The position numbers and the translations under genes were made by a program. From NCBI GenBank assembly GCA_000934665.2, contig JYFJ02000808.1, forward strand, positions 62,001-107,868: 45,868 bases of DNA, written 5' to 3'. The notes beneath the pieces were generated by a model. The model was not told the origin of the DNA and made no database searches. It saw only the letters and a program-made list of their open reading frames with translations. Shown in pieces: positions 37,468 through 45,868 of this stretch (the first letter of the stretch is position 1; the number at the start of each line of letters is the position of its first letter). The stretch comes from Catajapyx aquilonaris. Lineage: Eukaryota.

Positions 37468-40152
37468 ATGGGTCGGAGGCGACAGAAGGTGAGATCATTC
37501 TGGCTCAACGTTACTGAAGATACTGATAATCCGTTACCTTGTAGAGTAAATTAGCAAAGCGCAACCGCCTTGCGACGAAGGATGAGCCGGATGAGCTGAA
37601 GAATGCCCCTCATTCCTTTGTGGTGCACAAGGGTGAGGTGGGGAGGGGGATCAAATCGCTGGTGAAGGACATGCGGAAGGTCATGGAGCCTTTCACCGCA
37701 GCTCACCTGAAGGTGCAGAGGAAGAGCGCCGTGAAGGACTACGTGTCCGTGGCTGGCCTCATGCACGTCACACACCTCCTCATGTTCACCCACACCCAGG
37801 TGGGACCGTACCTCAAGATTGGGAGGATGCCAAGAGGACCCACACTTACTTTTAGGGTCAAGGACTACACTTTGACTAGGGATGTTCTCTCCTCGCTGAA
37901 GAGACAGGTAGGCCGCAAGGGGTTGCCGTAATCTTCGCAATTTAATGTTGAAGAAGGTGTAAAGTTGCATTTACATGTGAGCGATTTGATCGGCGATGAG
38001 GCCATGAGGCGAAAATATATTGATACCACGATTTTTACTTTCGCTCTGAGATGACATCGCTGATCAAAATGCTCACATGCGAACACGGCTTAAGATATGA
38101 CCGCAGCGATGCCGACTATCAGTAGAAATTGGCTGTTATGAAATCGCTTATGTTTGCAGGTGACTCACGACAAGCAGTTTCTTCATCATCCACTGGTGAT
38201 AATGAACAATCTTGGAGGAGAGGAGGTGCAGCTGAAGCTAATGGCAGCCACCTTCCAGAACATGTTTCCTTCCATCAATGTCAACAAGGTAGCTTATATT
38301 TAGCCTCGTTGCAGTGTAATTCATATGCCGTAACTTGTTTTTAAAAGGTAGATTAGGTTTATACACTGTACTGTCTTGTGGATTATCTGTGCGTTGCCAC
38401 AAAATTAAAATTAAAACTCCAAAGAACTGTAAATATGTCTTGCAAACGAAGAAATATGACAGACTTTTCTAGAAGACAAACTAAAAATATATGGTAAGTT
38501 TCATTATTTTGATTAAACCTTATTTAAAACAGCATACACTCTGTTTTACTGTGTTTTATCAGTGTTTTTCGATTATTTGGCGACACCTGTGCAGACATTA
38601 GCTCAGATAAACAGAAGTACAGTGTAATTCATATGTGGTAACTGCTTTTAAGGTATACATAGTTAGATATTTGCACTAATAGCCATCTCTTCCTGCCTCA
38701 AGGTTCAACTCAGAGACGTGCGTCGCTGTGTCCTCCTGAATTACAACCCAGACGATGGTACCTTAGACCTGCGCCACTACACCATAAGGGTGGTTCCAGT
38801 TGGTGCATCCAAGGGGGTGAAGCGACTGGTCCAGAACAGGGTCCCAAACCTATCCAAGTTCCAGGACATTGCTGACTTTGTTACCAAGAGTGGGATGCTG
38901 TCTGACAGTGAGGTGGAAGATGATCCTGCCAGCCACGTGACCCTGCCACAAAAGGTTGCGTCGCGAGGCAACATTCCTTTCCACCAGTCATCAGTCAGGT
39001 TGGTCCTTTATCAGATGGGTGATTTAACATAACAGACAATGCTTGATGTGACAACAGGTTGGTGGAGCTGGGTCCCCGCTTGACCCTCCAGTTGATAAAG
39101 GTTGAGGAGCGACTGATGGAAGGAGAGATTCTCTTCCACGAGCATGTGACCAAGACGGAAGAGGAGAAGAAAGCAATCAAGAAGAAGATTGATTCTAAGC
39201 TGAGACAAAAGGTACAGAGGAAGCAAATCCAGGAGCAGAATCTGCGCAGGAAGGAGGAGGCCAAGGAGGAGCTGAAAAAGAAGAGTCTGGAGGGGATGAA
39301 GAGGAAAAGGGCCATGGACCAGGGAATGGCAGCAGGGTTTGAAGTGGAAGGGGAAGACGGGGAGGCAGATGATGACGTGGAGTGGTATCGGAAGGAAGTG
39401 GGGCAGGAACCAGAGAAAGGTTAGACTAATTTGCTTAATTATGAGCTCAGAAATTAGAAGCATACTAGTATGCTTCTACACTTGAACCTGGATCTGGGCC
39501 ACTGTCATTATTTGACTGCTAGGCACAACAGGAGTTGCTCTGATTTCATGTCATCATGAATGAATAATTATTATGGCGGCAAACTAAAGAGTCAGACACT
39601 ATCAACTGTTGACATGAAATCAAATGATCAGCAATCTTAGTTGGCAGCAGATGTGAACTGGGTCGGGATTACATCCAGTGCTGCATGAATGATTTTGCCA
39701 ATCAGTAAATAGATGATCCTTGTTACTCATTTACACTAATAATAATATGCTAAACTGTCAGTCTTCAACTAGTGGCCTGCACATAGTGAAAGAAATACGC
39801 AGGATTATTCAAACTCACATGTTGTTTTACAGATCTGTTCAGTGGTCCGTCCCAGAAGAGGCAGAAGGTCGCCCCATCCAAGTGGAAGAAAAAGCCTCAG
39901 AGTAACCAGGGATGGCGGGAGAAGGACCGATTTGAAGAGAAGGAAGAACAGAAGAAGAACAAAGGGCCTAATAAGGCTATAGCCAAACTGAGCCGCAAGC
40001 TGAAAGTGCCGTTGAAGGGGATGAAGCACCTAGGCAGGAAAGGGCAGCAGTCTTCCTTTAGAAAAGGGGGCGCCCATGGAAAGATGAAGGGAAAGGGCCC
40101 CAGGGGTAGTAAAGGATCTAAAGGGAAAGCAACCAAGGGAAGGAGAAAGTGA
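37468..40152 (+). CDS. PPAN: Peter pan / Ssf1 Brix-domain ribosome biogenesis protein, 6 exons
   Basis: Exons 37468-37488, 37545-37907, 38160-38288, 38703-38998, 39058-39419, 39833-40152. APHSFVVHKG, DMRKVMEPFTA, PRGPTLTF, FQNMFPSINV, RRCVLLNY, RLVELGPRLTLQLIKVEE; Lys/Gly-rich tail; AATAAA at 40152. Confidence 0.96.
37963..38090. mobile_element. PIF/Harbinger-like MITE, family A copy 4 (PPAN intron)
   Basis: TAA|AGTTGCATTTACATGTGAGC ... GCTCACATGCGAACACGGCT|TAA. Confidence 0.7.
38364..38624. mobile_element. MITE with TA TSD in PPAN intron 3
   Basis: TA|CACTGTACT ... AGTACAGTG|TA. Confidence 0.55.
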
Positions 40153-40354
40153 ATAAAAAGTCAATTTGATTTTTATCTTCCAGATTTACTTTCTTTGGTT
40201 ACTAAAATTTCTCCCCTAGTTGTGATGGCAAGCCCAATATTTATGACATTTCGAGACCTTAACTTGTAAAACATGATGTGTGTATTGTAGAAAAGTAGTC
40301 ACCGAATACGCTGTAATTTTGATCCACTGCTCACTTCATTCCATCCAGCCCCTG

Positions 40355-42492
40355 TCAGAAAGAAACTTGGTGGTACTGCCTCAGGTTGATTGGGGTCCTA
40401 CACTGTGGGCACATGTGCTTGTCGAGCACTGCGAAGTACAGGCACTTAGTGCAAAAGATGTGTCCACACTTGGTCACGCTCTTCTGAACCGTGGGACTTC
40501 TCATGTCCTTGGCGCAAATGCTGCAGCTCATTCTGGGGTGCGAGGTGAAGTACACGGGGCGTACCTTGTCTGCTGGGACTCTGCATTTGCATTGGGGGCA
40601 TTTGCGTGTACGGGGCTGCAGTGCTATGTCAAGGCATCTGGTGCAGAATAAGTGACCGCAGCGGGTTACGCTCATTGGCACTGTGACTGTTCGAAGGTCC
40701 AGTCGACAGCAGCCGCAAGGCACGTCCTCCCTGGACAAGGGAGGCGGCGGGGGGGCACAGGCCTCTTGCTCATAGTAATTGACAATGGCAGCAGCCAGCT
40801 GAGCAGAGCTGCGGGGATGGCGTTGACGTCGGGGTGCACGATACTTAACAACTCTGGGTGTTGGGCGGGGGCGCAAGTTGTAGCGAGGTGGGGGAGGGGC
40901 ATCACTCCCACCATCAGTTTGTGTTGCCTGCAGGAATGGAGGCGGGTGAGTGATGCCCAAGTTCTTGAACAGCCTGGCTAGGCGACGCCTGGAAAATAAT
41001 TGGCCTGCGTTATGTGCTGTGCATGATGAAATGGGAATTAATGAATGACCAACACCATTTTCACATCTTACAAAAAGTGAACTTACTTTACAAATGCTTC
41101 AGGATGTGAGAACTCTGGTCATTAAGAGCTCATCAGAGTTAATCTAGAAATTTTTAAAAAAAGTTGCTGACTCACTCTCTCATGATTGCCAATTTTTGTT
41201 CAATGTCGTTCTGGCTTGGAGTCGTGTCTGCATTAATGCCGCTGTGCCTCAGAGTGCTCGTAGGTTCGTTTATGCCATGCCGCAAAGTACTAGTACCTTC
41301 AATGTCACTTTGCCTTGAAGTACTACTAGCTTCAATGTTGCCCTGTCTCAAAGTGCTAGCAGCTTCGATGTGAATCTGGCTGGAACTGGCAGTATCCTTG
41401 ATGTTTATCTGGCTCAAAGTAGCCGTAGAGTTGATGTCGCTCTGGCTTAAAATCTCAACATTGGTTTGTCTCAGTGGGCTAAGAGACTCAATGATGCTCT
41501 GGCATAATGTGCTAATAGTCTCGAAGTTGCTCTGGTTTGCTGGGCTAATGGTCTCAATGTTGATTTGGCCCAGTGAGCTAGTAGCCTTGATGTTGGTGTG
41601 GCTCAAAGTGCTGGACGTTTCGACATCACTTTGACTCAAAGCACCAGCAGCTTCCATGCCACCCTCTTGGGAAAGTCCAGTGGCTTCGGTTTCGGCCTGT
41701 TGGTAAATGCCAGACCCTTCGATGTCAGCTTGTTGGGAAATTCCAATATTTTCGATCTCGGCCTGCTGGAAAATTCCAGTAGCTTCGATGTCACCATGCT
41801 GGGAAATGCTAGCGGCTTCAATGTCACTCTGCCTCGAAGTGTTTGCAGCTTTGATGTCACCATGGTCTGCAGTGTTGCTAATACAATCAGCCAAGATTCC
41901 ACGAGTAGGATCAACATTGTTGTCTTGAGGAGCGACGACCTTAGGGTTTTGGAATGGTGATGAGCCTAGTGGGACCTACAATAAACTTCCTGCTATCAAA
42001 CCAAGCAAGGCTTATAAAGAAAACATACTGTACTGAATATCTGCTGTTAGCAAAGGTACTTCATGTGTGACATGCCATGCCCGCTATGTAGCAGTCTATT
42101 TTAATTAGTGGCTGAGCCTTAACCATTATTAACAGAATAATTTAAAAACTGCATGGAGCCTGATTCATGAAGTAATAGTTTACAAATACTACTTATTAAT
42201 GGTCAAATCATGCACAAAATCATGCTAATGCCATAATTTTTTATCAGTTTTACAAATATCATAATAATTATGGCTTGGCTGCCTATTGACATTCACCACC
42301 AACAATGGGATCATGATGGCTGTGAATTCCTTACCATCAATGATGGTAAGGAATTCACAGCCCTTGAGATTCAAACTCCAGTTAACATTTTCAAGCAGTA
42401 GCAATATGGGCATGCTTTACTATGTCAGTATCGCAGCTTACCCAGACGGTGTCTCCTCCGGAGTTATGTTTGTGAGGTGTATATTCCTCCAT
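40355..42492 (-). CDS. Tandem C3HC4 RING-RING protein (RNF4-like RINGs) with N-terminal 11-aa repeats, about 494 aa, 3 coding exons
   Basis: Exons 42492-42442, 41975-41176, 40988-40355 join in frame (phases 0 and 2). RING1 CGCC..TRCGHLFCTRC..CPQC, RING2 CSIC..TKCGHIFCTKC..CPQCR..YHQVSF. First exon less certain. Confidence 0.8.
41190..41876 (-). repeat. Coding minisatellite, about 21 degenerate 33-bp (11-aa) units
   Basis: Translation shows period 11: NTSRQSDIEAA / SISQHGDIEAT / GISQQADIEGS / STLRQGNIEAS / STSRQSDIEGT etc. Confidence 0.85.
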
Positions 42493-43726
42493 TCCAAACT
42501 CCTCCACTTACGGCCGTGTAGATTAACACACTAATCTGAATCCGTAGCAACCATAATACTTCAACAATTAAGTAGATATTTGAGTCCATGGTGCTGATGT
42601 ATATGGCAGGATGTCAAACGTGCTGCCTTATGCTATAGTATAACAATGTTATGACAGGCATGTCTTGGTCTGAATTAGGGGAACAATTTGTTAGTGTCAC
42701 GGGACAGTTCTTTCGCATTATCATTCATTGTGTTGCATACATTCTTCTCAGGGTAGGCTACTAAAAGGAAAACTGATTGTGTTCACCTGTAACTATATGA
42801 TGGAAATCTGCCATATCAGGAGACAGGATTTTGTCATTCAAACATGTCATGTACTTTGAGCATTATTATGCCTTGCACCCATGACCATAAATGTTGATGT
42901 ATGATGTCTGCAAAATTTTTTACTTCCACCCAGGTGCAAATCATGCTTCACTGTTCAAGGTTGTCACACTTCCCCCTGATTCCCCCTATTATCAGTTGGC
43001 ATTCTGGACTGATATATACATAAGTGTTCACTTAATTTTCCCCCTATATCGACGTTGTAACCTTCATATTCATTACCGTTGTAGAAGTGAACTGAAAAGC
43101 TACTTTTTGTCATTATCCAACTGGAGACCTTTATTTCTTTGAAAATTACTCCATCTTGTTAAATATCAACAAGTCAAACTCATCACATGAAATGTCAAAC
43201 AAAATATGTGTACACTAAAAAACTAAACTGGTCTTACATGGCAGTTACAGTAGGTTGATTGATTGATGGTTTAATGGTTACAGTAGGCTAGGTACCCTTC
43301 ATTAATACTAATTAGGCAGGTGGCATTTCATGTGTATTGTAAAAATAGGCAGCCCCCAACTGACGTAAGTGGGTCATGGAGTTGAATCTGGGGCTGCCTC
43401 AGAGTTACAAGGCCATTCAAAGGCATACCACCACTAACATGTGTAACTACTGATAATTTAATTTGTAATTGAATACAAAAAATCATCCCATCTGATGTCA
43501 GACTTATTCTTAATGGCCATATGAAAGGGTCAAACTCTGCAGTTAAAATTTCCAAGGTAAAAAACATGCTTGCAATTTTTTGGCATTTACATCTCTCCCT
43601 TTGGAATTTTACCCGTCAATTACCCATCAATTTGTGGCAAAATCCCTTAGTTTTACCTAGACATTTTTGTTCTGGCATCAGCTCATATCTGACACCACAT
43701 TTTATGGGCATTACCCACCTGGCTTC

Positions 43727-45018
43727 TCACTTTGCATTGCCACTCTTCTTCCTCTTTATTCCAAAATGAGTTTCTCTGATATGGCTCTTCAGATTACATT
43801 TTCTTTTGAATCCCTTTCCACACAAGTTGCATACAAGAGGCCTCTCAGTTGTGTGACGTGATGTAATGTGGGATGTGAGACCAGATTTCTGGGCAAATGC
43901 TGATGGGCAGAAGTTGCACTGGAAAGATTTTTCTCCAGTGTGTGTTGCCAAATGGTATTTCAGATCAAAAACAAGCTTATCACATACATGACAAAGGTAT
44001 TTCTTCCTCTTATATGCTCTTGTTGAAGTCCTCCCACCCAACCCATGCCTTTCTTCTTTGTGCTGTTTCATCCCATGTAAAGTTGCATAACCCTTGTTAC
44101 AAACTTCACACACATATGATTTGTCTCCCTCATGTTGAACACGAATATGTTTATGTAGATCACTTGGACAATAAAAACTTTTTGGGCACATTTTGCATGA
44201 GTAGCGTTTGCCTGTCACATGCAACCTCTTATGGTCTGAAAGATACATGCTCTTCATTTTCTTGCCACATACATCGCAAGTGACATATTCTGCTTCTAAA
44301 TGTATCCTGTTCAAATGACGCTGCAAATGGGGCATTCTCTTGAAAGCTTGTGGGCAATGTTCACATCTGAAAGGTCTCATATCTGAGTGGCACACAGCAT
44401 GTTGCTCAAGCAGTACCTGAGTTTTGAATTTTTTGCTGCATAATGAGCAGCTGAAAGGCCTCTTGTCAGTGTGCACAACCATGTGTACCTTTACCTCTCC
44501 CAGTGTACGAAATGTCCTACTACAATTTTTGCATTTGAATAGCTTAGCAACTCTACATGCCTTCCTATGAGCTTTCAACAGAACTAGGTTCTTAAAACTC
44601 CCATTACATCTTGTACAGCTGACAGGGACAGATCTTCCAGGATGTTCCCTCCTCATGTGATGAAAACGTGTGCCAGAATTGTTGAATGCCACAGGACAAA
44701 AGTGACACTTGTATGGTTTCTCTCCAGTGTGAATTACCAAATGGTCTTTAAACCTGGAAGGGGTTGCCAGATGTTTCCCACAAGTCGGGCAGGTGTGTGT
44801 TTTCTGATGCCCACTTCTGCTTACTACTGCCTCCTGGAAATAAATTGACATGAAATTAATGTCAACAGTGAGGCATACAAATGAACCCATGACAATCAGT
44901 AGCCCACCTTGGGATGTAACATTTTCTTATGATATTCCAAGTCTCCCTTCGTTACAAATGGATCATTACATTGTGGGCAGAACAAGAGTCGATGAAGTAA
45001 AACTGAGAGTTCCTTATT
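43727..45018 (-). CDS. Multi-C2H2 zinc finger protein (13 fingers seen; 5' end unresolved)
   Basis: Last exon 44833-43727 has 12 fingers with TGEKPY/TDKRPF/TTERPL linkers; upstream exon 45018-44908 (LFCPQCNDPFVTKGDLEYHKKMLHPK, not in the ORF track) adds one finger and splices in phase 0. Confidence 0.88.
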
Positions 45019-45263
45019 CTGCAACAAGAACAAAAACACTAACCTAAGGACATCACTTCCTACAGAGATATGGGGGGAAAGAATAATTCTAGGAATAAAA
45101 GATGCTGGTTTAATTTAGACTGTTCAAATAGGATTTATTTCAGCACTCTTGAGCAATTGAATGGTGGATCAAGGAAAGAAAGATTGAGGCTTCACTGTAA
45201 CTGCACAATAGCACCCACAAAGACCTGCTACCTGGGCATTCCATGATGCTTTCATATACTGTG

Positions 45264-45687
45264 CACTGCACTCCCGATTAACCTGGTTAATGACTGCACG
45301 AGTGTCGCCGGATAATCGGAAAGTTCTCCTAGACATCGTAAAAATGAGCTATTCACAAGTTTTAAATGTTCTACTGTATGGAGAGTATGCTGCTTGGTTT
45401 AGTCAAAATAATAAAACCTACCATAGATTTCTATCTGGTCTTCTAGAAAAAGTCATATTTTATCGTTGATGAGACAGTCATTGACAGTGTATGGAATTTT
45501 CATCCCACTGCTAGTTACTGCTAACTTAAAAGTACCAGTGACAACACTGGTACTGCTAAGTTGTCAGTATCTAGCAGTGGGATGAAAATTTGACACATTT
45601 TTTCAGACTTTAATTTTCAATTTTTTGGCAATGCATGGATAATCCGCAACAGGGATAATCCGCACCCGGATAATCGGGAGTACAGTG
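45264..45687. mobile_element. MITE family with CACTGTACTCCCGATTA termini (other pieces at 18033-18250, 18276-18305, 20921-20980)
   Basis: TIR CACTGCACTCCCGATTA / TAATCGGGAGTACAGTG; internal sequence (AAATGAGCTATTC, CATAGATTT) matches 18100-18250; contains a separate hairpin at 45495-45590. Confidence 0.75.
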
Positions 45688-45772
45688 TCTTGTCAAATTA
45701 TTTCATGAGAATAATTACTGTAATGCAAGGTCCACAGACACTCAAGATAATAATCCTAGGTGAGAATCACTT

Positions 45773-45868
45773 CTGTATAAGGGTAAGGGAGATGTGTGTG
45801 ACTGCAGGAATTATCGTGGCATTAGTTTGTTAAGTGTACCAGGGAAAGTGTATGCTAAGGTTTTGATA
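45773..45868 (+). mobile_element. RTE-clade non-LTR retrotransposon reverse transcriptase fragment (5'-truncated, runs off the window)
   Basis: Translates LYKGKGDVCDCRNYRGISLLSVPGKVYAKVLI, the RT N-terminal motif typical of RTE/BovB-like LINEs. Confidence 0.88.

Noticed and set aside
41086..41143. Possible extra micro-exon in the RING gene
   Set aside because: Would need a 32-nt intron and introduces a stop; the direct 41176-40988 splice is in frame.
39011..41960. Long antisense ORFs over PPAN and the RING gene
   Set aside because: Shadow frames of biased coding sequence on the opposite strand.

Overview
Eukaryotic, intron-containing genomic DNA from an animal (probably an arthropod, inferred from gene structure and repeat types); no prokaryotic operon, CRISPR array, rRNA or tRNA is evident. 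The right 26 kb is a compact gene cluster: TTI1(+), EMC1(-), FARSB(+), NUDT13(+), a small His/Tyr-rich secreted protein(-), PPAN(+), a repeat-rich tandem-RING protein(-), a 13-finger C2H2 protein(-) and the start of an RTE-type LINE fragment. The left part holds a three-exon homologue of the cyanobacterial mycosporine ATP-grasp ligase MysC(-) whose catalytic residues appear substituted, a nested cluster of non-autonomous DNA transposons (15.9-19.3 kb) and an unassigned exon-like ORF near 2.5-3.0 kb. Most notable: the spliced MysC-like putative pseudoenzyme, a natural single-chain RNF4-like RING-RING protein with about 21 eleven-residue repeats, and a NUDT13 gene with little room for its own promoter, which may share the FARSB leader. 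Exon coordinates were derived by eye from splice signals and reading-frame continuity; homologies are from recalled motifs, not from database searches.
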